From: the human T2T-CHM13v2.0 reference genome, Homo sapiens
NCBI RefSeq assembly: GCF_009914755.1
Contig: NC_060947.1
DNA: 64,000 nucleotides
Direction: 5' to 3' (one strand)
Every line of letters starts with the position of its first letter. Position 1 is the first letter of the stretch. The notes beneath the pieces are model-generated. The model saw only the letters and a program-made list of their open reading frames with translations, made no database searches and was not told the DNA's origin. Shown in pieces: positions 51,080 through 64,000 of the stretch. The translations under genes and the position numbers were made by a program.

Positions 51080-54000
51080 AGCCCGCTAAATAGCCACTTG
51101 CACATTGTAGAAAAAGTGTGTCAAAGCTGCGCTATCAAAGGGAAAGTTCAACTCTGTGAGGTGAATGCAAACATCCCAAAGAAGTTTCTGAGAATGCTTC
51201 CGTTTAGCTTTTAGGTGAAGATTATCCCGTTTCCAACGAAACCTTCAAAGAGGTCCAAATATCCCCTTGCGGATCCCACAGAAAGAGTGTTTCAAAACTG
51301 CTGTTTCAAAAGGAATCTTCAACTCTGTGAGTTGAATGCAATCATCACAAAGAAGTTTCTGACAATGCTTCTCTCTCGTCTTTCTGTGAAGATAAAGGAA
51401 AAGGCTTTCAGGCCTTTTCCACCACAGGCCTGAAAGCGCTCCAAATGTCCACTTGCAGATTCTGCGAAAAGAATATTTCAAAACTGCTCTATGAAAAGCA
51501 ATGTTAAACTCTGCGGCTCGAACACAAACATCACAAAGCGGTTTCTGAGAATGCTTCAGTTTAGTTTTTCTGTGGAAATATTCCCGTTTCCAAAGAAATC
51601 TTCAAAGAGGTCCACGCATCCACTTACAGATTCTACAAAAAGACAGTTTCAAAACTGCTCCATCAAAAGGAGGGTTCAACCGTGTGACTTGAATGCAATC
51701 ATCACTCAGAAGTTTCTGAGAATGCTTCTCTTTAGTTTTTACGTGAACATATACCCGTTTCGAACGAAGGCCACCCAGTGGTCCAAATATCCACTTGCAG
51801 ATTCTACAGAAAGAGTGTTTCGAACCTGAACTCTCAAAGGCAGGTTCATCTCTGCGAGTTAAATGCATTCATCATGAAGAACTTTCTCAGAGTGTTTGTG
51901 TTTAGTTATGGGAAATTATTCCCGTTTCCAACGAAATCCTCAGAGAGCTCCAAATATCCACCTGCAGATTCTACCAAAAGTGTATTTGGAAACTGCTCCA
52001 TCAAAAGGCATGTTCAGCTCTGTGAGTGAAACTCCATCATCACAAAGAATATTCTGAGAATGCTTCCGTTTGCCTTTTATATGAAGTTCCTTCCTGTACT
52101 ACCGTAGGCCTCAAAGCAGTCCAAATCTCCATTTGCAGATTCTACAAAAAGAGTGATTCCAATCTGCTCTATCAATAGGATTGTTCAACTCCATGAGTTG
52201 AATGCCATCCTCACAAAGTAGTTTCTGAGAATGCTTCTATCTGGTTTTTGTGTGAAGATATTTCCTTTTCCACCACAGGCCTCAAAGCCCTCCAAACGTC
52301 CACTTGCAGATTCTCGAAAAAGAGTGTTTCATAGCTGCTCTTTCAAAAGGAAAGTTCAACTCTGGGAGTTGAATACAAACATCACAAAATAGTTTCCGAG
52401 AATGCTTCTGTTTAGTTTTTATGTGAAGATGATCCCGTTTCCAGTGAAATCTTCAAAGAGGTCCACATATCCCCTTGCAGATTCCAAAGAAAGAGGGTTT
52501 CAAAACTGCTCCATCAGAAGGATTGTTCAACTCTGTGAGTTGAATGCAGTCATCGCAGAAAACTTTCTGAGAATGCTTCTGTCTAGGTTTGATGTGAAGA
52601 TATAGACGTTTCAAACGAAGGCTACAAAGTGGTCAAAATATACACTTGCAGATTCTACTACAAGGGTGTTGCAAACCTGAACTATCAAAGGAAGGTTCAA
52701 CTCTGTGAGTTGAATACAAACATCACAAAGAATGTTCTGAGTTTGCTTCCGTTCAGTTATGGGAAGTTGATCCCGTTTCCAACGAAATCCTCAGAGAGGT
52801 CCAAATATCCCCTCGCAGATTCTACAAAACGTGTGTTTGGAAACTGCTCCATCATAACGAATGTTCAGCTCCCTGAGTTAAACTCCATCGTCACAAAGAA
52901 TTTTCTGAGAGTGCTACCGTCTGGTTTTTATATGAAGTTCTTTCCTTCACTACCACAGGCCTCAAAGCGGTCCAAATCTCCACTTGCAGATTCTACAAAA
53001 AGAGTGTTTGCAAACTGCTCTATCAAAAGGAATGTTCAACTCTGGGAGTTGAATGCAATCATCACAGAGCAGTTTCTGAGAATGCTTCTATGTCGTTTTT
53101 AGGAGAAGATATTTCCTTTTCCAACACAGTCCTCCAAGCCCGCTAAATAGCCACTTGCACATTGTAGAAAAAGTGTGTCAAAGCTGCGCTATCAAAGGGA
53201 AAGTTCAACTCTGTGAGGTGAATGCAAACATCCCAAAGAAGTTTCTGAGAATGCTTCCGTTTAGCTTTTAGGTGAAGATTATCCCGTTTCCAACGAAACC
53301 TTCAAAGAGGTCCAAATATCCCCTTGCGGATCCCACAGAAAGAGTGTTTCGAAACTGCTGTTTCAAAAGGAATCTTCAACTCTGTGAGTTGAATGCAATC
53401 ATCACAAAGAAGTTTCTGACAATGCTTCTCTCTCGTCTTTCTGTGAAGATAAAGGAAAAGGCTTTCAGGCCTTTTCCACCACAGGCCTGAAAGCGCTCCA
53501 AATGTCCACTTGCAGATTCTGCCAAAAGAATATTTCAAAACTGCTCTATGAAAAGCAATGTTAAACTCTGCGGCTCGAACACAAACATCACAAAGCGGTT
53601 TCTGAGAATGCTTCAGTTTAGTTTTTCTGTGGAAATATTCCCGTTTCCAAAGAAATCTTCAAAGAGGTCCACGTATCCACTTACAGATTCTACAAAAAGA
53701 CAGTTTCAAAACTGCTCCATCAAAAGGAGGGTTCAACCGTGTGACTTGAATGCAATCATCACTCAGAAGTTTCTGAGAATGCTTCTCTTTAGTTTTTACG
53801 TGAACATATACCCGTTTCGAACGAAGGCCACCCAGTGGTCCAAATATCCACTTGCAGATTATACAGAAAGAGTGTTTCGAACCTGAACTCTCAAAGGCAG
53901 GTTCATCTCTGCGAGTTAAATGCATTCATCATGAAGAACTTTCTCAGAGTGTTTGTGTTTAGTTATGGGAAATTATTCCCGTTTCCAACGAAATCCTCAG

Positions 54001-57000
54001 AGAGCTCCAAATATCCACCTGCAGATTCTACCAAAAGTGTATTTGGAAACTGCTCCATCAAAAGGCATGTTCAGCTCTGTGAGTGAAACTCCATCATCAC
54101 AAAGAATATTCTGAGAATGCTTCCGTTTGCCTTTTATATGAAGTTCCTTCCTGTACTACCGTAGGCCTCAAAGCAGTCCAAATCTCCATTTGCAGATTCT
54201 ATAAAAAGAGTGATTCCAATCTGCTCTATCAATAGGATTGTTCAACTCCATGAGTTGAATGCCATCCTCACAAAGTAGTTTCTGAGAATGCTTCTATCTG
54301 GTTTTTGTGTGAAGATATTTCCTTTTCCACCACAGGCCTCAAAGCCCTCCAAACGTCCACTTGCAGATTCTCGAAAAAGAGTGTTTCATAGCTGCTCTTT
54401 CCAAAGGAAAGTTCAACTCTGGGAGTTGAATACAAACATCACAAAGTAGTTTCCGAGAATGCTTCTGTTTAGTTTTTATGTGAAGATGATCCCGTTTCCA
54501 GTGAAATCTTCAAAGAGGTCCACATATCCCCTTGCAGATTCCAAAGAAAGAGGGTTTCAAAACTGCTCCATCAGAAGGATTGTTCAACTCTGTGAGTTGA
54601 ATGCAGTCATCGCAGAAAACTTTCTGAGAAAGCTTCTGTCTAGGTTTGATGTGAAGATATAGACGTTTCAAACGAAGGCTACAAAGTGGTCAAAATATAC
54701 ACTTGCAGATTCTACTACAAGGGTGTTGCAAACCTGAACTATCAAAGGAAGGTTCAACTCTGTGAGTTGAATACAAACATCACAAAGAATGTTCTGAGTT
54801 TGCTTCCGTTCAGTTATGGGAAGTTGATCCCGTTTCCAAAGAAATCCTCAGAGAGGTCCAAATATCCCCTCGCAGATTCTACAAAACGTGTGTTTGGAAA
54901 CTGCTCCATCATAACGAATGTTCAGCTCCCTGAGTTAAACTCCATCGTCACAAAGAATTTTCTGAGAGTGCTACCGTCTGGTTTTTATATGAAGTTCTTT
55001 CCTTCACTACCACAGGCCTCAAAGCGGTCCAAATCTCCACTTGCAGATTCTACAAAAAGAGTGTTTGCAAACTGCTCTATCAAAAGGAATGTTCAACTCT
55101 GGGAGTTGAATGCAATCATCACAGAGCAGTTTCTGAGAATGCTTCTATGTCGTTTTTAGGAGAAGATATTTCCTTTTCCAACACAGTCCTCCAAGCCCGC
55201 TAAATAGCCACTTGCACATTGTAGAAAAAGTGTGTCAAAGCTGCGCTATCAAAGGGAAAGTTCAACTCTGTGAGGTGAATGCAAACATCCCAAAGAAGTT
55301 TCTGAGAATGCTTCCGTTTAGCTTTTAGGTGAAGATTATCCCGTTTCCAACGAAACCTTCAAAGAGGTCCAAATATCCCCTTGCGGATCCCACAGAAAGA
55401 GTGTTTCAAAACTGCTGTTTCAAAAGGAATCTTCAACTCTGTGAGTTGAATGCAATCATCACAAAGAAGTTTCTGACAATGCTTCTCTCTCGTCTTTCTG
55501 TGAAGATAAAGGAAAAGGCTTTCAGGCCTTTTCCACCACAGGCCTGAAAGCGCTCCAAATGTCCACTTGCAGATTCTGCGAAAAGAATATTTCAAAACTG
55601 CTCTATGAAAAGCAATGTTAAACTCTGCGGCTCGAACACAAACATCACAAAGCGGTTTCTGAGAATGCTTCAGTTTAGTTTTTCTGTGGAAATATTCCCG
55701 TTTCCAAAGAAATCTTCAAAGAGGTCCACGCATCCACTTACAGATTCTACAAAAAGACAGTTTCAAAACTGCTCCATCAAAAGGAGGGTTCAACCGTGTG
55801 ACTTGAATGCAATCATCACTCAGAAGTTTCTGAGAATGCTTCTCTTTAGTTTTTACGTGAACATATACCCGTTTCGAACGAAGGCCACCCAGTGGTCCAA
55901 ATATCCACTTGCAGATTCTACAGAAAGAGTGTTTCGAACCTGAACTCTCAAAGGCAGGTTCATCTCTGCGAGTTAAATGCATTCATCATGAAGAACTTTC
56001 TCAGAGTGTTTGTGTTTAGTTATGGGAAATTATTCCCGTTTCCAACGAAATCCTCAGAGAGCTCCAAATATCCACCTGCAGATTCTACCAAAAGTGTATT
56101 TGGAAACTGCTCCATCAAAAGGCATGTTCAGCTCTGTGAGTGAAACTCCATCATCACAAAGAATATTCTGAGAATGCTTCCGTTTGCCTTTTATATGAAG
56201 TTCCTTCCTGTACTACCGTAGGCCTCAAAGCAGTCCAAATCTCCATTTGCAGATTCTACAAAAAGAGTGATTCCAATCTGCTCTATCAATAGGATTGTTC
56301 AACTCCATGAGTTGAATGCCATCCTCACAAAGTAGTTTCTGAGAATGCTTCTATCTGGTTTTTGTGTGAAGATATTTCCTTTTCCACCACAGGCCTCAAA
56401 GCCCTCCAAACGTCCACTTGCAGATTCTCGAAAAAGAGTGTTTCATAGCTGCTCTTTCAAAAGGAAAGTTCAACTCTGGGAGTTGAATACAAACATCACA
56501 AAATAGTTTCCGAGAATGCTTCTGTTTAGTTTTTATGTGAAGATGATCCCGTTTCCAGTGAAATCTTCAAAGAGGTCCACATATCCCCTTGCAGATTCCA
56601 AAGAAAGAGGGTTTCAAAACTGCTCCATCAGAAGGATTGTTCAACTCTGTGAGTTGAATGCAGTCATCGCAGAAAACTTTCTGAGAATGCTTCTGTCTAG
56701 GTTTGATGTGAAGATATAGACGTTTCAAACGAAGGCTACAAAGTGGTCAAAATATACACTTGCAGATTCTACTACAAGGGTGTTGCAAACCTGAACTATC
56801 AAAGGAAGGTTCAACTCTGTGAGTTGAATACAAACATCACAAAGAATGTTCTGAGTTTGCTTCCGTTCAGTTATGGGAGGTTGATCCCGTTTCCAACGAA
56901 ATCCTCAGAGAGGTCCAAATATCCCCTCGCAGATTCTACAAAACGTGTGTTTGGAAACTGCTCCATCATAACGAATGTTCAGCTCCCTGAGTTAAACTCC

Positions 57001-60000
57001 ATCGTCACAAAGAATTTTCTGAGAGTGCTACCGTCTGGTTTTTATATGAAGTTCTTTCCTTCACTACCACAGGCCTCAAAGCGGTCCAAATCTCCACTTG
57101 CAGATTCTACAAAAAGAGTGTTTGCAAACTGCTCTATCAAAAGGAATGTTCAACTCTGGGAGTTGAATGCAATCATCACAGAGCAGTTTCTGAGAATGCT
57201 TCTATGTCGTTTTTAGGAGAAGATATTTCCTTTTCCAACACAGTCCTCCAAGCCCGCTAAATAGCCACTTGCACATTGTAGAAAAAGTGTGTCAAAGCTG
57301 CGCTATCAAAGGGAAAGTTCAACTCTGTGAGGTGAATGCAAACATCCCAAAGAAGTTTCTGAGAATGCTTCCGTTTAGCTTTTAGGTGAAGATTATCCCG
57401 TTTCCAACGAAACCTTCAAAGAGGTCCAAATATCCCCTTGCGGATCCCACAGAAAGAGTGTTTCGAAACTGCTGTTTCAAAAGGAATCTTCAACTCTGTG
57501 AGTTGAATGCAATCATCACAAAGAAGTTTCTGACAATGCTTCTCTCTCGTCTTTCTGTGAAGATAAAGGAAAAGGCTTTCAGGCCTTTTCCACCACAGGC
57601 CTGAAAGCGCTCCAAATGTCCACTTGCAGATTCTGCCAAAAGAATATTTCAAAACTGCTCTATGAAAAGCAATGTTAAACTCTGCGGCTCGAACACAAAC
57701 ATCACAAAGCGGTTTCTGAGAATGCTTCAGTTTAGTTTTTCTGTGGAAATATTCCCGTTTCCAAAGAAATCTTCAAAGAGGTCCACGTATCCACTTACAG
57801 ATTCTACAAAAAGACAGTTTCAAAACTGCTCCATCAAAAGGAGGGTTCAACCGTGTGACTTGAATGCAATCATCACTCAGAAGTTTCTGAGAATGCTTCT
57901 CTTTAGTTTTTACGTGAACATATACCCGTTTCGAACGAAGGCCACCCAGTGGTCCAAATATCCACTTGCAGATTATACAGAAAGAGTGTTTCGAACCTGA
58001 ACTCTCAAAGGCAGGTTCATCTCTGCGAGTTAAATGCATTCATCATGAAGAACTTTCTCAGAGTGTTTGTGTTTAGTTATGGGAAATTATTCCCGTTTCC
58101 AACGAAATCCTCAGAGAGCTCCAAATATCCACCTGCAGATTCTACCAAAAGTGTATTTGGAAACTGCTCCATCAAAAGGCATGTTCAGCTCTGTGAGTGA
58201 AACTCCATCATCACAAAGAATATTCTGAGAATGCTTCCGTTTGCCTTTTATATGAAGTTCCTTCCTGTACTACCGTAGGCCTCAAAGCAGTCCAAATCTC
58301 CATTTGCAGATTCTATAAAAAGAGTGATTCCAATCTGCTCTATCAATAGGATTGTTCAACTCCATGAGTTGAATGCCATCCTCACAAAGTAGTTTCTGAG
58401 AATGCTTCTATCTGGTTTTTGTGTGAAGATATTTCCTTTTCCACCACAGGCCTCAAAGCCCTCCAAACGTCCACTTGCAGATTCTCGAAAAAGAGTGTTT
58501 CATAGCTGCTCTTTCAAAAGGAAAGTTCAACTCTGGGAGTTGAATACAAACATCACAAAGTAGTTTCCGAGAATGCTTCTGTTTAGTTTTTATGTGAAGA
58601 TGATCCCGTTTCCAGTGAAATCTTCAAAGAGGTCCACATATCCCCTTGCAGATTCCAAAGAAAGAGGGTTTCAAAACTGCTCCATCAGAAGGATTGTTCA
58701 ACTCTGTGAGTTGAATGCAGTCATCGCAGAAAACTTTCTGAGAAAGCTTCTGTCTAGGTTTGATGTGAAGATATAGACGTTTCAAACGAAGGCTACAAAG
58801 TGGTCAAAATATACACTTGCAGATTCTACTACAAGGGTGTTGCAAACCTGAACTATCAAAGGAAGGTTCAACTCTGTGAGTTGAATACAAACATCACAAA
58901 GAATGTTCTGAGTTTGCTTCCGTTCAGTTATGGGAAGTTGATCCCGTTTCCAAAGAAATCCTCAGAGAGGTCCAAATATCCCCTCGCAGATTCTACAAAA
59001 CGTGTGTTTGGAAACTGCTCCATCATAACGAATGTTCAGCTCCCTGAGTTAAACTCCATCGTCACAAAGAATTTTCTGAGAGTGCTACCGTCTGGTTTTT
59101 ATATGAAGTTCTTTCCTTCACTACCACAGGCCTCAAAGCGGTCCAAATCTCCACTTGCAGATTCTACAAAAAGAGTGTTTGCAAACTGCTCTATCAAAAG
59201 GAATGTTCAACTCTGGGAGTTGAATGCAATCATCACAGAGCAGTTTCTGAGAATGCTTCTATGTCGTTTTTAGGAGAAGATATTTCCTTTTCCAACACAG
59301 TCCTCCAAGCCCGCTAAATAGCCACTTGCACATTGTAGAAAAAGTGTGTCAAAGCTGCGCTATCAAAGGGAAAGTTCAACTCTGTGAGGTGAATGCAAAC
59401 ATCCCAAAGAAGTTTCTGAGAATGCTTCCGTTTAGCTTTTAGGTGAAGATTATCCCGTTTCCAACGAAACCTTCAAAGAGGTCCAAATATCCCCTTGCGG
59501 ATCCCACAGAAAGAGTGTTTCAAAACTGCTGTTTCAAAAGGAATCTTCAACTCTGTGAGTTGAATGCAATCATCACAAAGAAGTTTCTGACAATGCTTCT
59601 CTCTCGTCTTTCTGTGAAGATAAAGGAAAAGGCTTTCAGGCCTTTTCCACCACAGGCCTGAAAGCGCTCCAAATGTCCACTTGCAGATTCTGCGAAAAGA
59701 ATATTTCAAAACTGCTCTATGAAAAGCAATGTTAAACTCTGCGGCTCGAACACAAACATCACAAAGCGGTTTCTGAGAATGCTTCAGTTTAGTTTTTCTG
59801 TGGAAATATTCCCGTTTCCAAAGAAATCTTCAAAGAGGTCCACGCATCCACTTACAGATTCTACAAAAAGACAGTTTCAAAACTGCTCCATCAAAAGGAG
59901 GGTTCAACCGTGTGACTTGAATGCAATCATCACTCAGAAGTTTCTGAGAATGCTTCTCTTTAGTTTTTACGTGAACATATACCCGTTTCGAACGAAGGCC

Positions 60001-63000
60001 ACCCAGTGGTCCAAATATCCACTTGCAGATTATACAGAAAGAGTGTTTCGAACCTGAACTCTCAAAGGCAGGTTCATCTCTGCGAGTTAAATGCATTCAT
60101 CATGAAGAACTTTCTCAGAGTGTTTGTGTTTAGTTATGGGAAATTATTCCCGTTTCCAACGAAATCCTCAGAGAGCTCCAAATATCCACCTGCAGATTCT
60201 ACCAAAAGTGTATTTGGAAACTGCTCCATCAAAAGGCATGTTCAGCTCTGTGAGTGAAACTCCATCATCACAAAGAATATTCTGAGAATGCTTCCGTTTG
60301 CCTTTTATATGAAGTTCCTTCCTGTACTACCGTAGGCCTCAAAGCAGTCCAAATCTCCATTTGCAGATTCTATAAAAAGAGTGATTCCAATCTGCTCTAT
60401 CAATAGGATTGTTCAACTCCATGAGTTGAATGCCATCCTCACAAAGTAGTTTCTGAGAATGCTTCTATCTGGTTTTTGTGTGAAGATATTTCCTTTTCCA
60501 CCACAGGCCTCAAAGCCCTCCAAACGTCCACTTGCAGATTCTCGAAAAAGAGTGTTTCGTAGCTGCTCTTTCAAAAGGAAAGTTCAACTCTGGGAGTTGA
60601 ATACAAACATCACAAAATAGTTTCCGAGAATGCTTCTGTTTAGTTTTTATGTGAAGATGATCCCGTTTCCAGTGAAATATTCAAAGAGGTCCACATATCC
60701 CCTTGCAGATTCCAAAGAAAGAGGGTTTCAAAACTGCTCCATCAGAAGGATTGTTCAACTCTGTGAGTTGAATGCAGTCATCGCAGAAAACTTTCTGAGA
60801 ATGCTTCTGTCTAGGTTTGATGTGAAGATATAGACGTTTCAAACGAAGGCTACAAAGTGGTCAAAATATACACTTGCAGATTCTACTACAAGGGTGTTGC
60901 AAACCTGAACTATCAAAGGAAGGTTCAACTCTGTGAGTTGAATACAAACATCACAAAGAATGTTCTGAGTTTGCTTCCGTTCAGTTATGGGAAGTTGATC
61001 CCGTTTCCAACGAAATCCTCAGAGAGGTCCAAATATCCCCTCGCAGATTCTACAAAACGTGTGTTTGGAAACTGCTCCATCATAACGAATGTTCAGCTCC
61101 CTGAGTTAAACTCCATCGTCACAAAGAATTTTCTGAGAGTGCTACCGTCTGGTTTTTATATGAAGTTCTTTCCTTCACTACCACAGGCCTCAAAGCGGTC
61201 CAAATCTCCACTTGCAGATTCTACAAAAAGAGTGTTTGCAAACTGCTCTATCAAAAGGAATGTTCAACTCTGGGAGTTGAATGCAATCATCACAGAGCAG
61301 TTTCTGAGAATGCTTCTATGTCGTTTTTAGGAGAAGATATTTCCTTTTCCAACACAGTCCTCCAAGCCCGCTAAATAGCCACTTGCACATTGTAGAAAAA
61401 GTGTGTCAAAGCTGCGCTATCAAAGGGAAAGTTCAACTCTGTGAGGTGAATGCAAACATCCCAAAGAAGTTTCTGAGAATGCTTCCGTTTAGCTTTTAGG
61501 TGAAGATTATCCCGTTTCCAACGAAACCTTCAAAGAGGTCCAAATATCCCCTTGCGGATCCCACAGAAAGAGTGTTTCGAAACTGCTGTTTCAAAAGGAA
61601 TCTTCAACTCTGTGAGTTGAATGCAATCATCACAAAGAAGTTTCTGACAATGCTTCTCTCTCGTCTTTCTGTGAAGATAAAGGAAAAGGCTTTCAGGCCT
61701 TTGCCACCACAGGCCTGAAAGCGCTCCAAATGTCCACTTGCAGATTCTGCCAAAAGAATATTTCAAAACTGCTCTATGAAAAGCAATGTTAAACTCTGCG
61801 GCTCGAACACAAACATCACAAAGCGGTTTCTGAGAATGCTTCAGTTTAGTTTTTCTGTGGAAATATTCCCGTTTCCAAAGAAATCTTCAAAGAGGTCCAC
61901 GTATCCACTTACAGATTCTACAAAAAGACAGTTTCAAAACTGCTCCATCAAAAGGAGGGTTCAACCGTGTGACTTGAATGCAATCATCACTCAGAAGTTT
62001 CTGAGAATGCTTCTCTTTAGTTTTTACGTGAACATATACCCGTTTCGAACGAAGGCCACCCAGTGGTCCAAATATCCACTTGCAGATTATACAGAAAGAG
62101 TGTTTCGAACCTGAACTCTCAAAGGCAGGTTCATCTCTGCGAGTTAAATGCATTCATCATGAAGAACTTTCTCAGAGTGTTTGTGTTTAGTTATGGGAAA
62201 TTATTCCCGTTTCCAACGAAATCCTCAGAGAGCTCCAAATATCCACCTGCAGATTCTACCAAAAGTGTATTTGGAAACTGCTCCATCAAAAGGCATGTTC
62301 AGCTCTGTGAGTGAAACTCCATCATCACAAAGAATATTCTGAGAATGCTTCCGTTTGCCTTTTATATGAAGTTCCTTCCTGTACTACCGTAGGCCTCAAA
62401 GCAGTCCAAATCTCCATTTGCAGATTCTATAAAAAGAGTGATTCCAATCTGCTCTATCAATAGGATTGTTCAACTCCATGAGTTGAATGCCATCCTCACA
62501 AAGTAGTTTCTGAGAATGCTTCTATCTGGTTTTTGTGTGAAGATATTTCCTTTTCCACCACAGGCCTCAAAGCCCTCCAAACGTCCACTTGCAGATTCTC
62601 GAAAAAGAGTGTTTCATAGCTGCTCTTTCCAAAGGAAAGTTCAACTCTGGGAGTTGAATACAAACATCACAAAGTAGTTTCCGAGAATGCTTCTGTTTAG
62701 TTTTTATGTGAAGATGATCCCGTTTCCAGTGAAATCTTCAAAGAGGTCCACATATCCCCTTGCAGATTCCAAAGAAAGAGGGTTACAAAACTGCTCCATC
62801 AGAAGGATTGTTCAACTCTGTGAGTTGAATGCAGTCATCGCAGAAAACTTTCTGAGAAAGCTTCTGTCCAGGTTTGATGTGAAGATATAGACGTTTCAAA
62901 CGAAGGCTACAAAGTGGTCAAAATATACACTTGCAGATTCTACTACAAGGGTGTTGCAAACCTGAACTATCAAAGGAAGGTTCAACTCTGTGAGTTGAAT

Positions 63001-64000
63001 ACAAACATCACAAAGAATGTTCTGAGTTTGCTTCCGTTCAGTTATGGGAAGTTGATCCCTTTTCCAAAGAAATCCTCAGAGAGGTCCAAATATCCCCTCG
63101 CAGATTCTACAAAACGTGTGTTTGGAAACTGCTCCATCATAACGAATGTTCAGCTCCCTGAGTTAAACTCCATCGTCACAAAGAATTTTCTGAGAGTGCT
63201 ACCGTCTGGTTTTTATATGAAGTTCTTTCCTTCACTACCACAGGCCTCAAAGCGGTCCAAATCTCCACTTGCAGATTCTACAAAAAGAGTGTTTGCAAAC
63301 TGCTCTATCAAAAGGAATGTTCAACTCTGGGAGTTGAATGCAATCATCACAGAGCAGTTTCTGAGAATGCTTCTATGTCGTTTTTAGGAGAAGATATTTC
63401 CTTTTCCAACACAGTCCTCCAAGCCCCCTAAATAGCCACTTGCACATTGTAGAAAAAGTGTGTCAAAGCTGCGCTATCAAAGGGAAAGTTCAACTCTGTG
63501 AGGTGAATGCAAACATCCCAAAGAAGTTTCTGAGAATGCTTCCGTTTAGCTTTTAGGTGAAGATTATCCCGTTTCCAACGAAACCTTCAAAGAGGTCCAA
63601 ATATCCCCTTGCGGATCCCACAGAAAGAGTGTTTCAAAACTGCTGTTTCAAAAGGAATCTTCAACTCTGTGAGTTGAATGCAATCATCACAAAGAAGTTT
63701 CTGACAATGCTTCTCTCTCGTCTTTCTGTGAAGATAAAGGAAAAGGCTTTCAGGCCTTTTCCACCACAGGCCTGAAAGCGCTCCAAATGTCCACTTGCAG
63801 ATTCTGCGAAAAGAATATTTCAAAACTGCTCTATGAAAAGCAATGTTAAACTCTGCGGCTCGAACACAAACATCACAAAGCGGTTTCTGAGAATGCTTCA
63901 GTTTAGTTTTTCTGTGGAAATATTCCCGTTTCCAAAGAAATCTTCAAAGAGGTCCACGCATCCACTTACAGATTCTACAAAAAGACAGTTTCAAAACTGC
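51080..64000 (-). repeat. Two-HOR super-repeat run (units 26/27, 28/29, 30/31, partial 32), period 4114 bp
   Basis: Even units carry gtgtttcaaaactgctg and cacgcatcc. Odd units carry gagaaagctt and the box-4 mutation. Confidence 0.88.

Larger units (their letters stand above)
1..64000 (-). repeat. DXZ1: Alpha-satellite higher-order repeat array (12-mer, 2057 bp), most likely human chrX centromeric DXZ1
   Basis: Seen: the motif tttctgagaatgctt and its variants recur every ~171 bp. The ORF pattern recurs every 2057 bp (136, 2193, 4250, 6307...). A BamHI site GGATCC occurs once per unit (192-197, then +2057). Reverse-complement CENP-B boxes are present. Established knowledge: a ~2.0-kb BamHI 12-mer HOR is diagnostic of DXZ1. 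Strand is given as the strand on which the CENP-B boxes read. Confidence 0.97.

Noticed and set aside
136-63823. Hundreds of 62-157 aa ORFs recurring every 2057 bp
   Set aside because: They are translations of alpha-satellite monomers (171 = 57 x 3 keeps the frame). They overlap on both strands, many use GTG starts, they have no recognisable domain, and they are gained or lost by single SNVs (e.g. aagtag versus aagtcg). Not genes.
1-64000. CRISPR-like appearance from a conserved motif (tttctgagaatgctt) at regular spacing
   Set aside because: The intervening sequences are homologous monomers that repeat every 12 units, not unique spacers. The period is ~171 bp and there are no cas genes.
1-64000. 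Possible L1/Alu insertion, inversion or array edge
   Set aside because: All unit spacings are 2057, 1715 or 2053 bp with unchanged ORF strand pattern, leaving no room for an insertion or inversion. No poly-A tail or target-site duplication was seen.
1-64000. Claim that this window is the active kinetochore or hypomethylated centromere dip region
   Set aside because: CENP-A occupancy and methylation cannot be read from sequence alone.

Overview
The whole 64 kb window is primate centromeric alpha-satellite (~171-bp monomers) with no genes, transposons or unique sequence. It is a head-to-tail higher-order repeat (HOR) of 12 monomers and 2057 bp with one BamHI site per unit, which matches the established description of the human X-chromosome array DXZ1 (pentameric suprachromosomal family 3). 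There are 31 complete units plus a partial 32nd, all in one orientation, with CENP-B boxes reading on the minus strand. Unit starts, phased to base 1: 1, 2058, 4115, 6172, 7887, 9944, 12001, 14058, 16115, 18172, 20229, 22286, 24343, 26396, 28453, 30510, 32567, 34624, 36681, 38738, 40795, 42852, 44909, 46966, 49023, 51080, 53137, 55194, 57251, 59308, 61365, 63422. All ORFs in the track are incidental satellite translations and were used only as variant markers. I found no novel gene system. The points of interest are structural: a 10-mer deletion variant with a 3-bp breakpoint, a 4-bp deletion, a fixed 15-bp insertion built from nested inverted repeats, alternating two-HOR super-repeats in which every second unit has lost a CENP-B box, a 10,285-bp-spaced duplication around a homogeneous four-unit expansion, a haplotype boundary near 19-21 kb, and several mosaic units. 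Variant calls were made by eye and need confirmation by alignment.
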